Positions 1 to 11,615 are shown, counted from the first letter of the stretch. The stretch is DNA of 48,066 bases from Acidiferrobacterales bacterium (GCA_035256085.1 DATEYP010000055.1:1-48066); one strand, 5' to 3'. Translations and numbers: made by a program. Notes: generated by a model not told the origin, from the letters alone.

Positions 1-145
1 TCTGGATGCCAGCCGCAAGGATACCGCCCCGGTGGATGTGCGCCGTGATTTGTTCGAGGCCATGAAGCAGGTGGCGCAGACCGGCCAGGGCCCGCAGGAG
101 CAGATCCCCAGCATGGGCTGCTCCATCAAATGGAAGGAAAACTAG
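1..145 (+). CDS. Thioredoxin-fold (AhpC/TSA-like redoxin) protein, C-terminal fragment; 5' end outside window
   Basis: Open frame from nt 2 to TAG at 143-145 reads ...LDASRKDTAPVDVRRDLFEAMKQVAQTGQGPQEQIPSMGCSIKWKEN. I recall the ...GCSIKW ending from thioredoxin-family proteins. It is absent from the ORF track because it has no in-window start. Confidence 0.45.
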   Translation, partial: LDASRKDTAPVDVRRDLFEAMKQVAQTGQGPQEQIPSMGCSIKWKEN

Positions 146-168
146 TCCTGCTGCTATCCCCTATTGTT

Positions 169-192
169 AACCCGGCATCCGGGTTTGTAATT
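169..192 (+). terminator. Possible intrinsic terminator after the redoxin fragment
   Basis: 7-bp stem AACCCGG/CCGGGTT (169-175 / 179-185), 3-nt loop, followed by TGTAATTT. Confidence 0.35.
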
Positions 193-348
193 TCCCCAGA
201 CAAATCCCTTGCAGAAACCGCAGGGAATCATCAGACAACCTCCCCATCATCGGATTTTCACATAGTGATTTTATGGGTTCTCAAGCCACGTAGTCCCGAG
301 CCGATAGCTTAACTGGGCGCCTGACACTAAAGCGGAATTTGCAACTGA

Positions 349-1869
349 ATGCCCGGGTACCGGAATACAACTGATAAGGGAATTTATCCAGCCATCATGA
401 ATCAGCCGATCATCAGAAACATTGCGCTTGTGCTGTTGCTGGCCCTGGCCGGCTCGGTGCTGACGCTGGGCAGCTTTTATCTCCATCTGCGCAATACCGC
501 CGACACCATCGCCTTTGCCGACATCGCCGGCCGCCAGCGCATGCTGACTCAACAGCTGCTCAACAATGCCCACATGGCCCTGACCGGACACGAAGGTGAC
601 GACGTGCTGCTGAGGGAGAGTGCCGAGCAGTTCAGCACGGCCCTGCAGGTCATGCGCCACGGCGGCAAGATACTCTCTTATGATCTGCCACCGGCACCGC
701 CAGAGCTTGGCCAGTCGCTGAACGAGCTGGATAACCGGTGGAAACCGCTCAGGGAGGCTGCCCTGGCGCTGGCCGGCGGCAGCGGGGGGCAGGCGGCCTA
801 TGACTATATACAGACACATGCCACGCAGCTCACGGAGGCCGCCAACGGCGTGCTGCTGGCGCACCGGACACACACCGGCGCGTTGCGCGATCGCATGCTG
901 CTTGTCCTCGGGGCGGTGATGCTGCTCGACCTTGTTCTGCTCGGCCTGGGCATCAATCTCGTGAGGCGTTACACCAAAGACCGCCACCGTGTCGAGGAAG
1001 CCCTGCGCCGTGACAAGCAGGAGCTGGAGGCGCTCAATGCCCGCCTGACCGAGGCGCACCAGCAGCTCATGCAGTCTGAGAAAATGGCCTCGATCGGCCA
1101 GCTCGCCGCGGGCGTGGCGCATGAGATCAACAATCCGGTCGGCTATATCAACTCCAACATCGGCGCACTGAAGCAGTATACGGTCGACCTGTTCTCGCTC
1201 ATCGATGCCTATGAGAAAACCGAGGGTCTGCTGCCGGATGAAAAGACCGCCGAGCTTCAAAGTCTCAAGGAACAACTGCAACTCGACTATCTCAGGGAGG
1301 ATCTCCAGCAGCTTCTGGATGAATCCCAGGACGGGGTGAACCGCGTCAAGCAGATCGTGAAGGATCTCAAGGAATTCTCGCACATCGGCGAGCAGCAATG
1401 GCAGTATGCGGATCTGCACCAGGGGCTGGACAGCACGCTCAATATCGTGCGCAACGAAATCAAGTACAAGGCCGAGGTCATCAAGGAGTATGGTACGCTG
1501 CCCCCGGTACGCTGCATCGTCGCACAGCTCAACCAGGTATTTATGAACACGCTGGTCAACGCGGCGCAGGCCATCGAGGAGCACGGCACCATCACCCTGC
1601 GCACCGGCACCGCCGGCGACGACTGGGTGTGGGTGGAGATTCGAGATACCGGCAAGGGTATTTCCAAGGAGCACCTCAAACGCATCTTCGATCCGTTCTT
1701 CACCACCAAGCCGGTGGGCAAAGGGACCGGGCTGGGTCTGTCGCTTTCCCACACCATCGTGGAAAAACACGGTGGGCGCATCGAGGTGGACAGCGAGGTG
1801 GGTAAGGGCACCGCCTTCAAGATCTGGCTGCCGGTAGATGCCGGGCAGGCGGCGCCGCGCAACAACTGA
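349..1869 (+). CDS. Sensor histidine kinase with PilJ/NarX-like periplasmic helical sensor domain
   Basis: 506-aa ORF. It has a TM helix (IALVLLLALAGSVLTLG), a GRQRMLTQQL motif typical of PilJ/NarX-type N-terminal sensor domains, a second TM and a coiled coil. H-box is SIGQLAAGVAHEINNP; ATPase N/G boxes are NTLVNAAQA, DTGKGI and GTGLGLS. Alternative start ATG 397. Confidence 0.9.
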   Translation: MPGYRNTTDKGIYPAIMNQPIIRNIALVLLLALAGSVLTLGSFYLHLRNTADTIAFADIAGRQRMLTQQLLNNAHMALTGHEGDDVLLRESAEQFSTALQVMRHGGKILSYDLPPAPPELGQSLNELDNRWKPLREAALALAGGSGGQAAYDYIQTHATQLTEAANGVLLAHRTHTGALRDRMLLVLGAVMLLDLVLLGLGINLVRRYTKDRHRVEEALRRDKQELEALNARLTEAHQQLMQSEKMASIGQLAAGVAHEINNPVGYINSNIGALKQYTVDLFSLIDAYEKTEGLLPDEKTAELQSLKEQLQLDYLREDLQQLLDESQDGVNRVKQIVKDLKEFSHIGEQQWQYADLHQGLDSTLNIVRNEIKYKAEVIKEYGTLPPVRCIVAQLNQVFMNTLVNAAQAIEEHGTITLRTGTAGDDWVWVEIRDTGKGISKEHLKRIFDPFFTTKPVGKGTGLGLSLSHTIVEKHGGRIEVDSEVGKGTAFKIWLPVDAGQAAPRNN

Positions 1870-2439
1870 CGAGACCATCCTCCCCGGTTTCACCCGGGCC
1901 GCTTTCACGGCACAGCAACAACATAGCAAATCTTCCAAACAGGGTATTTCGCCTGGCGGTATTTTCCCCGGGCTGTATTCGCCACTCAGTTATATTCCGC
2001 GCGCATAAGAGCCTCTAAGGATCAAAGACTTGAAAAGACCCAAGTTCCTTTGTTAACGTGACTGCATAAAAGCAAAAGGAGTGGTGTTGTTTCCTGAATA
2101 CCAGCTCGACTTCCCGGTGATCCGAGTATACTTTGTAACCGATTGTTTTTTATGAGGTGAGCGTCGTGAGTCGGGAATAAGCACTTGCCCAAAACGCCTG
2201 GATGAGAGAAAATCGCCTGCTCACAATTTTGCCAGCATGCAGATTGCGCCGCTTTTTGCGCCTGTTGCGACGCCAAACACAGTGAATATCCTGACCTCCT
2301 GCGTTTGCAGGTCAGCGGGAAATTCTGTTGGTGTGCTGGAAAATCTGTACCCGGTTTGGAAGGATGAATATTCGTCGTTGGCGGTAACTGCAGCCGGCGG
2401 CTAAAAGATAGTTCTGTTTATAACTTTTGGGAGATAGAC

Positions 2440-4440
2440 ATGCCATCACGTAGAGAGTTAGCCAATGCCGTCCGTGCCTTGAGTATGGATGCGGTGCAGA
2501 AGGCTAAGTCCGGCCATCCCGGGGCGCCCATGGGTATGGCGGACATTGCCGAGGTTCTGTGGAACAGCCACCTGAAGCATAATCCCTCCAATACCAAATG
2601 GGCGGATCGCGACCGCTTCGTGCTGTCCAACGGCCATGGCTCGATGCTGATCTATTCCTTATTACACCTCACCGGCTACGACTTGCCGATGGATGAGCTG
2701 AAGAAGTTCCGGCAGCTGCACTCCAGGACCCCGGGGCATCCCGAGTATGGCTACACCCCGGGCGTGGAGACCACCACCGGCCCGCTGGGGCAGGGTATTA
2801 GCAATGCCGTGGGTATGGCGATCGCCGAAAAGGCGCTGGCCGGGCAATTCAATCGCGACGGCCACCGGATTGTTGATCACTACACCTACACCTTCATGGG
2901 CGATGGCTGCATGATGGAGGGCATCTCCCACGAGGCCTGCGCCCTGGCGGGAACCCTCAAGCTGGGCAAGCTCATCGCCTTCTGGGATGACAACGGCATT
3001 TCCATCGACGGCCACGTGGAAGGCTGGTTCACCGATGATACCGCCAAGCGTTTCGAGGCCTATGGCTGGCACGTGGTGCGTAATGTCGACGGACATGACG
3101 CGCAGGCGATCGACAAGGCCGTCCATGAGGCCAAATCGGTCAATGACAGACCGTCGCTGATCTGCTGCAAGACCGTGATCGGCTTTGGTGCGCCCAACCT
3201 GTGCGGCAGTCATGACTGTCACGGCGCCCCGCTGGGCGATGACGAAATCAAGGCCACGCGCGAAAATCTGGGCTGGAGTCATGCGCCGTTCGAGATACCC
3301 GCAGACATCTATGCCGGCTGGGACGCCAAAAAGAAGGGCGCCGCCGCCGAGCAGCACTGGCAGCAGAAATTCGCCGCTTACAAGGCGGCCCATCCCGCGC
3401 TGGCGGCCGAATTCGAGCGCCGCGCCATCAAGGGTGAACTGCCGGCCGATTGGGCGGCCAAGTCCGCCGCCTTCGTCAAGGCCGCGGCCGACAAGGGGGA
3501 TGGTCCGGCCACGCGCAAGGCCTCGCAGAATTGCATCGAGACCTTTGCCGCTATCCTGCCTGAAATCATGGGCGGCTCTGCGGATCTGGCGCCATCCAAC
3601 CTGACTACCTGGTCCAAATCCAAGGCGCTGTCCGACACCGTCTCCGACGGCAACTATATCCACTACGGCGTGCGCGAGTTCGGCATGGCGGCCATCGTCA
3701 ACGGCATTGCCCTGCACGGCGGCTTCATCCCGTTCGGCGCCACCTTCCTGATGTTCTCCGAATACGCCCGCAATGCCCTGCGCATGGCGGCGCTGATGAA
3801 GATACAGAATATCAATGTATTCACCCATGACTCAATCGGTCTGGGCGAAGACGGCCCCACGCATCAGCCGGTGGAGCAGACCGCCACCCTGCGCATGATT
3901 CCGCGCATGTCGCTGTGGCGTCCCTGTGATGCCGTCGAGACCGCTGTGGCCTGGAAATCCGCTATCGAATACAAGCACGGCCCGACTTCCCTGATCCTGT
4001 CGCGCCAGAACCTGCCGCATCAGCCGCGCAGCGAGCAGCAGATCGCCAATATCGTCAAGGGCGGTTATGTGCTGAAGGATTGCGCCGGCACGCCGGAGCT
4101 GATTTTCATCGCCACCGGTTCCGAAGTGGCGCTGGCGGTCGGCGCCGCCGACGCCCTGACGGCCAGGGGCAAGAAGGTGCGCGTGGTGTCCATGCCCTCG
4201 GTGGACAGATTCGAGGCGCAGGATGAGGCCTACCGCGCGTCCGTCCTGCCGGCGGCGGTGACCGCCCGCGTGGTGGTCGAAGCCGGTGTGACGGCGTCCT
4301 GGTACAAATATGCCGGTTTCAAAGGCAAGGTGGTGGGTATCGATACCTTCGGTGAATCCGCCCCGGCCGGCGAGTTGTTCAAGCACTTCGGCTTCACGGT
4401 GGACAACGTCGTGAAGACTGCCGAGGCCGTGCTGGCATAA
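2440..4440 (+). CDS. tkt: Transketolase (Calvin-cycle cluster)
   Basis: 666-aa ORF with SD GGGAGA upstream. ThDP motifs are [14 protein letters not shown] and [13 protein letters not shown], with full-length transketolase architecture. Confidence 0.97.
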   Translation: MPSRRELANAVRALSMDAVQKAKSGHPGAPMGMADIAEVLWNSHLKHNPSNTKWADRDRFVLSNGHGSMLIYSLLHLTGYDLPMDELKKFRQLHSRTPGHPEYGYTPGVETTTGPLGQGISNAVGMAIAEKALAGQFNRDGHRIVDHYTYTFMGDGCMMEGISHEACALAGTLKLGKLIAFWDDNGISIDGHVEGWFTDDTAKRFEAYGWHVVRNVDGHDAQAIDKAVHEAKSVNDRPSLICCKTVIGFGAPNLCGSHDCHGAPLGDDEIKATRENLGWSHAPFEIPADIYAGWDAKKKGAAAEQHWQQKFAAYKAAHPALAAEFERRAIKGELPADWAAKSAAFVKAAADKGDGPATRKASQNCIETFAAILPEIMGGSADLAPSNLTTWSKSKALSDTVSDGNYIHYGVREFGMAAIVNGIALHGGFIPFGATFLMFSEYARNALRMAALMKIQNINVFTHDSIGLGEDGPTHQPVEQTATLRMIPRMSLWRPCDAVETAVAWKSAIEYKHGPTSLILSRQNLPHQPRSEQQIANIVKGGYVLKDCAGTPELIFIATGSEVALAVGAADALTARGKKVRVVSMPSVDRFEAQDEAYRASVLPAAVTARVVVEAGVTASWYKYAGFKGKVVGIDTFGESAPAGELFKHFGFTVDNVVKTAEAVLA

Positions 4441-4456
4441 CGATTTCCCTATTTGA

Positions 4457-5572
<1,116 letters not shown>

Positions 5573-5610
5573 GTCGATCGGAGCGAAGAACTCTCGGAGA
5601 GTATGCAAGC

Positions 5611-6795
5611 ATGTCAGTTATCAAGTTGACCGATCTCGACCTCAAGGGCAAGCGCGTGCTGATCCGCGCCGATCTCAATGTGCCCATCAAGGACGGCAAG
5701 GTGACTTCCGACGCACGCATCACCGCCTCGATGCCGACCATCGAACATTGCCTCAAGGCCGGAGCCAGGAACGTGATGGTGATGTCGCACCTGGGTCGTC
5801 CCGAAGAAGGCGTGTATGACGAAAGCGCTTCACTGAAACCGGTGGCCGAGTACATGACCGGCCTGCTGGGCAAGCCGGTGGTCCTGGTCAAGGACTACCT
5901 CGACAAGCAACCGTCGCTTGCCGATGGCCAGGTGGCGGTGCTCGAAAACGTGCGCTTCAACAAGGGCGAGAAGAAGAATGTCGACGAAACCGCGCAGAAG
6001 TACGCGCAGCTCTGTGACGTATTCGTGATGGACGCCTTTGGCACGGCGCACCGCGCCCAGGCGTCGACCCATGGCGTGGCCAAGTTCGCACCGACTGCCT
6101 GTGCCGGCATCCTTCTCACTCAGGAACTGGACGCACTCACCAAGGCGCTGCTCAACCCGAAGCGGCCGATGGTGGCCATCGTCGGCGGCTCCAAGGTTTC
6201 CACCAAGCTGACCGTGCTCGAATCCCTGTCCGAGAAGGTCGATCAGCTGGTAGTCGGCGGCGGTATCGCCAACACCTTCCTCGCGGCCTCCGGCAAGAAA
6301 ATCGGCAAGTCGCTCGCCGAGGCCGATCTCATTCCGACCGCCAAGGCGTTGATGGAAAAAATGACCAAGCGCGGCGCCACCATTCCGATCGCGGTGGACG
6401 TGGTGGTCGGCAAGAAGTTCGACGCCAACGAACCGGCGGTGCAGAAAAACGCCGGCGACGTGGCCGACGACGACATGATTTTCGACATCGGGCCGAAGAG
6501 CGCCCAGCAGCTGGCCGACATCATCATGCAGGCCGGCACCGTGGTGTGGAATGGTCCGGTCGGCGTGTTCGAGTTCGACCAGTTCGGCGCCGGCACCAAG
6601 ACCATCGCCATGGCCATCGCCAACACCAGGGCCTTCACCCTGGCTGGCGGCGGCGACACCATCGCTGCGATCCAGAAGTACAATATCTTCGACAAGGTGT
6701 CCTATATATCGACGGCCGGTGGCGCGTTCCTGGAGTTCCTCGAAGGCAAGAAACTGCCGGCGGTGGACATCCTTGAGCAGCGCGCTAAACAATAA
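5611..6795 (+). CDS. pgk: Phosphoglycerate kinase
   Basis: The ORF track opens at 5524, but that extension reads through the repeat hairpin. ATG 5611 gives the canonical PGK N-terminus [25 protein letters not shown] (394 aa). Confidence 0.96.
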   Translation: MSVIKLTDLDLKGKRVLIRADLNVPIKDGKVTSDARITASMPTIEHCLKAGARNVMVMSHLGRPEEGVYDESASLKPVAEYMTGLLGKPVVLVKDYLDKQPSLADGQVAVLENVRFNKGEKKNVDETAQKYAQLCDVFVMDAFGTAHRAQASTHGVAKFAPTACAGILLTQELDALTKALLNPKRPMVAIVGGSKVSTKLTVLESLSEKVDQLVVGGGIANTFLAASGKKIGKSLAEADLIPTAKALMEKMTKRGATIPIAVDVVVGKKFDANEPAVQKNAGDVADDDMIFDIGPKSAQQLADIIMQAGTVVWNGPVGVFEFDQFGAGTKTIAMAIANTRAFTLAGGGDTIAAIQKYNIFDKVSYISTAGGAFLEFLEGKKLPAVDILEQRAKQ

Positions 6796-6802
6796 TACTT
6801 TC

Positions 6803-6889
6803 AGCCACAGATGAACGCAGATAAACGCAGATGTAAAAGCAGCATCTTGGTTTCTCCAGATCAGTGTTCATCTGCGTTTATCTGTGGCT
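6803..6889. repeat. Long hairpin built from ~10-nt tandem units (CAGATRAACG)
   Basis: Left arm AGCCACAGATGAACGCAGATAAACGCAGATG (6803-6833). Right arm GTTCATCTGCGTTTATCTGTGGCT (6866-6889) is its reverse complement. A related copy is at 31308-31434. Confidence 0.9.
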
Positions 6890-6909
6890 TAATTCAATAA
6901 GGAATCAAT

Positions 6910-8352
6910 TTGCTGCGCAGAACAAAGATTGTCGCCACCCTCGGACCCGCGACCGACGACCCCAAGGTTCTCGACAAGCTGTTCGAGGCCGGGGTGGATG
7001 TCGTACGCCTGAACTTTTCCCACGACAAACCCGAAGTGCACAGGAAGCGTGCCGAAGCCGCGCGCGAACGCGCGCATGCCCATGGCCGGCACGTCGGAAT
7101 TCTGGTTGATCTGCAGGGCCCGAAAATCCGTGTTGGCAAATTCAAGAACGGCTCAATCCAGCTCGCCGAGGGCGACATCTTTACCATCAATGTCGATCAC
7201 CCGCTCGATGAGGGGAATCAGCGGTGTGTCGGCACCACTTACAAGGCGCTGCCCGATGACGTGAGCCGCGGCGTCACGCTGTTACTCGACGACGGGCGCA
7301 TTGCCCTGTGGGTCGATCAGGTTTCCGGAACCGAGGTGATCTGCCGAGTTGTGGTGGGCGGCGTACTGTCCGACAACAAGGGCATCAACCGCCAGGGCGG
7401 CGGTCTGTCTGCCGCGGCCCTGACACCAAAGGATCGTGCCGACATCAAGACTGCGGCCGCCATGAGCGCCGATTATGTCGCCATCTCCTTCCCGCGCTCC
7501 GCCGCGGACGTTGAGGAGGCTCGCGCCTTGCTGCGCGCGGCCGGCGGCCACGGCGGTATTGTCGCCAAGATCGAACGCGCCGAAGCGGTCAAGGCAATCG
7601 AGGAAATCATTCAGGCGGCGGACGTGCTCATGGTGGCGCGTGGCGACCTCGGTGTGGAAATCGGCGATGCCGCGGTACCGCCGATTCAGAAGCGCATCAT
7701 CAAATTGGCGCGCCAGATGAACAAGGTAACGATTACCGCCACGCAGATGATGGAGTCGATGATCGAGAGTCCGATACCGACGCGCGCGGAGGTATCCGAC
7801 GTTGCCAATGCCGTTCTTGACGGAACCGATGCAGTGATGTTGTCGGCGGAAACCGCCGCCGGCAAGTACCCGGTGGCCGCCGTCGCCGCGATGGATCGAG
7901 TGTGCAAGGTGGCGGAGGAACAGGAGGAAGCGTTATTGCAGGAACGGCGCGCCTCATACCAGCACGTTGAGCGTGTCGACCAGGCCATCGCCCTGGCCAC
8001 CATGTACACGGCGAATAATCTGGGCGTAAAAGCGATTGCCGCCCTTACCGAATCCGGGGCGACCACCCTGTGGATGTCACGAATCTCGTCAAGTGTTCCG
8101 ATCTATGCCTTGACGGCGCAGGCCGAGACGCGTAGAAAAGTGACCCTTTACCGGGGCGTTTACCCGGTGGCCTTTCAGATCACGACATCGGACCACGCGA
8201 CGCTGAATCGCGAGGCCCTGGACGAGATGCGTCGCCGCGGTTCAGTACGCGACGGCGACATGGTCATTATCACCAAGGGCGATCTGACGGGCGTGATGGG
8301 CGGTACCAACGCCATGAAGGTTGCCGTGGTGGGTGGCCAACGAGAGAGTTGA
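6910..8352 (+). CDS. pyk: Pyruvate kinase
   Basis: 480 aa, TTG start with AAGGA SD. It has KIVATLGPAT near the N-terminus and the MVARGDLGVEI motif. Confidence 0.95.
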   Translation: MLRRTKIVATLGPATDDPKVLDKLFEAGVDVVRLNFSHDKPEVHRKRAEAARERAHAHGRHVGILVDLQGPKIRVGKFKNGSIQLAEGDIFTINVDHPLDEGNQRCVGTTYKALPDDVSRGVTLLLDDGRIALWVDQVSGTEVICRVVVGGVLSDNKGINRQGGGLSAAALTPKDRADIKTAAAMSADYVAISFPRSAADVEEARALLRAAGGHGGIVAKIERAEAVKAIEEIIQAADVLMVARGDLGVEIGDAAVPPIQKRIIKLARQMNKVTITATQMMESMIESPIPTRAEVSDVANAVLDGTDAVMLSAETAAGKYPVAAVAAMDRVCKVAEEQEEALLQERRASYQHVERVDQAIALATMYTANNLGVKAIAALTESGATTLWMSRISSSVPIYALTAQAETRRKVTLYRGVYPVAFQITTSDHATLNREALDEMRRRGSVRDGDMVIITKGDLTGVMGGTNAMKVAVVGGQRES

Positions 8353-8402
8353 AGTCTGTCCTGACCAAAATTACCTAGCGACCAACCGTTCTGGAGGAAA
8401 AC

Positions 8403-9467
8403 ATGGCACTTGCCACACTACGCCAAGTACTGGATCACGCCGCCGAGCACGCCTACGGTGTACCGGCTTTTAACGTCAACAACCTCGAACAGATGCGCGC
8501 CATCATGGAAGCGGCCGCCGAAACCGACAGCCCGGTGATCGTGCAGGCCTCGGCCGGCGCCCGCAAATACGCCGGCGCACCGTTCCTGCGCCACCTGATT
8601 CTGGCCGCCATCGAAGAATGGCCGCATATACCGGTCGTGATGCACCAGGATCATGGTTCGTCGCCGGCCGTGTGCCAGCGTTCCATTCAGCTCGGGTTCT
8701 CGTCCGTCATGATGGACGGCTCCCTCAAGGAAGACATGAAGACCCCGGCCTCCTATGAATACAACGTGGACGTGACCCGCCGCGTGGTCGACATGGCGCA
8801 TTCCTGCGGCGTGTCGGTGGAAGGCGAACTCGGTTGCCTGGGCTCCCTCGAAACCGGCATGGCCGGCGAGGAAGACGGCTCGGGCGCGGAAGGCAAGCTC
8901 GACCACTCGCAGCTGCTGACCGACCCGGACGAGGCCGCCGATTTCGTGAAGAAGACCGGCGTGGACGCACTCGCCATCGCCATCGGCACCAGCCACGGCG
9001 CCTACAAGTTCACGCGTCCACCGACCGGCGACATTCTCGCCATTTCGCGCATCCGCGAGATCCACAAGCGCATCCCCAACGTGCACCTGGTGATGCACGG
9101 TTCCAGCTCGGTGCCGCAGGAGTGGCTGAAGATCATCAACAGTTACGGCGGTGACATGGGTGAGACCTATGGCGTGCCGGTGGAAGAGATCGTGCAGGGA
9201 ATCAAGAGCGGTGTGCGCAAGGTGAACATCGACACCGACCTGCGCATGTCCTCGACCGGCGCGGTACGCAAGTTCCTGGCCGAGAACAAGAAGGAATTCG
9301 ATCCGCGCAAGTGGCTCGCCGCCTCGACCAAGGGCATGAAGGAAATCTGCAGGGCGCGCTACGAGGCATTCGGTTGCGCCGGCAACGCCTCGAAGATCAA
9401 GGTGCTGTCACTCGAAGCGATGACCACGCGTTACGCCAAGGGCGAGCTCAATCCCAAGGTCAACTGA
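8403..9467 (+). CDS. fba: Fructose-1,6-bisphosphate aldolase, class II (Calvin-cycle/CbbA subtype)
   Basis: 354 aa. Motifs are [19 protein letters not shown] and [13 protein letters not shown], with the length typical of CbbA-type class II aldolases. Confidence 0.95.
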   Translation: MALATLRQVLDHAAEHAYGVPAFNVNNLEQMRAIMEAAAETDSPVIVQASAGARKYAGAPFLRHLILAAIEEWPHIPVVMHQDHGSSPAVCQRSIQLGFSSVMMDGSLKEDMKTPASYEYNVDVTRRVVDMAHSCGVSVEGELGCLGSLETGMAGEEDGSGAEGKLDHSQLLTDPDEAADFVKKTGVDALAIAIGTSHGAYKFTRPPTGDILAISRIREIHKRIPNVHLVMHGSSSVPQEWLKIINSYGGDMGETYGVPVEEIVQGIKSGVRKVNIDTDLRMSSTGAVRKFLAENKKEFDPRKWLAASTKGMKEICRARYEAFGCAGNASKIKVLSLEAMTTRYAKGELNPKVN

Positions 9468-9490
9468 GAAGACCGATGCCGGTGATTGAG

Positions 9491-9521
9491 AAAAGGGCCG
9501 CCTGAGCGGCCCTTTTCTTTT
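9491..9521 (+). terminator. Intrinsic terminator ending the tkt-gap-pgk-pyk-fba operon
   Basis: AAAA-GGGCCGC-CTGA-GCGGCCC-TTTTCTTTT. The stem is GC-rich with a 4-nt loop and a T tract. The A/T flanks could allow it to act in both directions. Confidence 0.8.
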
Positions 9522-9548
9522 GAAACGCGACTACACGAAGGCGTGGTG

Positions 9549-10016
9549 ATGCCGATGCGCTCGATCGAGAAATTTCCCTGCCCCTGCTGCGGATACCGGG
9601 TGTTCTCCCGACAACCGGGTTCGAGCGAGAAATGCCCGATTTGCCAATGGGAGGACGACCTCGCGCAGCTGCGCTTTCCGCGCCTGCCCGGCAGCGCCAA
9701 CCATGTCTCGCTCGAACAGGGACAGCTCAATTATGCCGACTGCGGCGCCGCCGAACGCCGCTATGTCGGCGGCGGGCGCAAGCCCTTCGATGTGGAGTCG
9801 CGCGAGACCGGGTGGCGTCCGCTCGATCCGGCGCGTGACAATATCGAGGAGCCACAGCGAGGCATCGATTATGCCGATACCTACCCGCTGTACGACACCA
9901 CCGTACTTAATACTGGCGCGCCACCTATTGGCGGCGCCTGGCCAGCTGAAGCCGGCGCCACGCCGTTGGTATTAGCACCTTGGTCGTATTCTTCAGACCC
10001 GTCGCTCGTGGTTTAG
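9549..10016 (+). CDS. Cysteine-rich CPCC-family protein (3' end possibly frameshifted)
   Basis: Start ATG 9549 gives MPMRSIEKFPCPCCGYRVFSRQPGSSEKCPICQWEDD, the CPCC / C-x2-C-x-WEDD signature. The track ORF from 9486 runs through the fba terminator. See the finding on the 3' frame. Confidence 0.7.
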   Translation: MPMRSIEKFPCPCCGYRVFSRQPGSSEKCPICQWEDDLAQLRFPRLPGSANHVSLEQGQLNYADCGAAERRYVGGGRKPFDVESRETGWRPLDPARDNIEEPQRGIDYADTYPLYDTTVLNTGAPPIGGAWPAEAGATPLVLAPWSYSSDPSLVV

Positions 10017-10089
10017 TGTTGCCTGCGTCGCGCGGCATCGGAAGTCCCATCCCGGCGCGGCACTAACCTGACCACAAAGGAGATGCGCC

Positions 10090-10566
10090 ATGAAGACATT
10101 ACCGCGGTGTTTTGTCCTGGCTGTTGTGCTTGCAACGGCGGGTATGGCGGGTGCCGCCACCGCGGCGGATTCGTCCGCCGCCGGTACGACCCTTACGCCC
10201 GATCAGCTCAAGTGGAAACCTTCGACTCGCGTGGCCGGCCTCGAGACCGCCGACATAATCGGCGATTCGACCAAGGGAGCGTATACCTTGCGGGTGAAGT
10301 TCCCGGCCAATTTCAAGATGCAGGCCCACAGCCATCCCGAGGACAGGAGCTACACGATTATTTCCGGGGTTTGGTACGTGGGTTGGGGCAAGAAACTCGA
10401 TGAATCCGTACTGAAGCCGCTGCCCGCGGGAAGCTTCTACACCGAGCCGGCGAACGTGCCGCACTTTGTCGCCACGAAGGGCGAACCGGCCGTGATTCAG
10501 ATTACCGGCACCGGAGCGACCGCAGTAAATTTCGTGGATCCGGCGCATGTGACGAAGAAGAAGTAG
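10090..10566 (+). CDS. Secreted cupin-domain protein
   Basis: 158 aa with SD AAGGAG and a Sec signal (MKTLPRCFVLAVVLATAGMAGAATA). Cupin metal motif is HSHPEDR ... PANVPHF. Confidence 0.8.
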   Translation: MKTLPRCFVLAVVLATAGMAGAATAADSSAAGTTLTPDQLKWKPSTRVAGLETADIIGDSTKGAYTLRVKFPANFKMQAHSHPEDRSYTIISGVWYVGWGKKLDESVLKPLPAGSFYTEPANVPHFVATKGEPAVIQITGTGATAVNFVDPAHVTKKK

Positions 10567-10628
10567 CGGTCAGGGTATGCCCGCGGCACGACCCGACGTA
10601 TGAGACTACGCATGGACAAGGTGATCGA

Positions 10629-11615
10629 ATGAAACCGCGATTGATCATCTCGCAGTTCTTCCTCGCATGCGCCCTGTCTGCACTGCACGCTGCCGACGCA
10701 GACACGACGGCACGAAAGACCCCGCTCATCGGCTTGTTCGTGCCCGATGGGCGTTATTGCGGCATCCCAGAATTCCGAGAGGGATTGCGCGAGTACGGGT
10801 ACATTGAGGGCCGCAACATCGTGATCGAGTGCCGTCACGCCGGTGGCCGTTTCGAAGATGCACCACGGGCCGCCCGCGAACTCATCCGCATGAACCCTGA
10901 TGTGATCGTGGCCCGCACTCATCCCATGGCGGAGGTGGCGCTGCAAGCCACGCGGGACATCCCGATTGTCACGGTCGTGAGCGGTGATCCGGTGGCCGCC
11001 GGGTGGGCAACGAGCCTTGCGCGACCGGGGGGCAATCTTACCGGCCTCACTTACTTTGCCTGGGATCTTTATGCCAAACGGCTTGAGCTGCTCAAAGCCG
11101 TGGTCCCCAACCTCAAGCGTGTCGGACTTCTTGTGCACCCCAGTGATTCGAAGAACCTGACCGAGATCTACTTGCGTGTCAGCCGCATGGCGGCCAAGGA
11201 ATTGGGGCTTGAGGTAGTAGCAATAGAAGTCAACGACAGAGCCGGAATCGAACGGGCGCTCGAAGCGATGGCGAACGCGAAGATCCAGGCAGTGCACGTT
11301 CTTGGCTACCTTCTGTTTGGCGAGGAAGCGCAGCTGATTGCTGATCTGGCGATGTTGCATAACCTGCCGACGATGCATTTCTTGCACGAGTTTCCGTCAA
11401 TGGGCGGGCTCATGGGATACGGGCCGGACTATCCGACGATGCGCCGGCGCATGGCACAGTACGTAGACAAGATTCTGAAGGGCGCCAAGCCCGCCGACCT
11501 GCCGATCGAGCAACCGGCGCGGTTCGTGTTTTCCATTAACCTTGCGACCGCGTACGAACTCGGGCTAAAGGTTCCGCCGTCGCTGTTGGCGCGAGCGGAT
11601 AAGGTGATCGAATGA
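10629..11615 (+). CDS. Periplasmic ABC-type substrate-binding protein, PF04392/COG2984 family (paralogue 1, class I)
   Basis: 328 aa with a signal peptide. It has the family ending ...YVDKILKGAKPADLPIEQP...RADKVIE and the Cys pair RYCG / IECRHAGG. By eye about three quarters identical to paralogue 6. Confidence 0.9.
   Translation: MKPRLIISQFFLACALSALHAADADTTARKTPLIGLFVPDGRYCGIPEFREGLREYGYIEGRNIVIECRHAGGRFEDAPRAARELIRMNPDVIVARTHPMAEVALQATRDIPIVTVVSGDPVAAGWATSLARPGGNLTGLTYFAWDLYAKRLELLKAVVPNLKRVGLLVHPSDSKNLTEIYLRVSRMAAKELGLEVVAIEVNDRAGIERALEAMANAKIQAVHVLGYLLFGEEAQLIADLAMLHNLPTMHFLHEFPSMGGLMGYGPDYPTMRRRMAQYVDKILKGAKPADLPIEQPARFVFSINLATAYELGLKVPPSLLARADKVIE

Noticed and set aside
271-1938. 555-aa minus-strand ORF antisense to the histidine kinase. 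Similar long antisense ORFs occur at 2662-3828, 4469-5530, 5830-6792, 10497-11387, 17354-18388, 26731-27735, 28107-29177, 33348-34724, 36749-37771, 40440-42194, 45702-46580 and 46474-47679.
   Set aside because: These are typical shadow ORFs of high-GC coding DNA. Each lies opposite a gene with clear family motifs. Their translations are Arg/Gly/Ala/His-rich, lack recognisable motifs and lack credible SD sequences.
2022-2276. 84-aa minus-strand ORF in the kinase-tkt spacer.
   Set aside because: It has no SD, no recognisable motif and an odd composition. The region is more likely promoter or leader DNA. A small protein or sRNA cannot be excluded without expression data.
2291-2318. Small hairpin CTGACCT...AGGTCAG upstream of tkt. 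Similar small hairpins occur at 35515-35534 and 44519-44534.
   Set aside because: The stems are short with no following T tract and no repeat elsewhere in the window. This is not enough to call terminators or regulatory RNAs.
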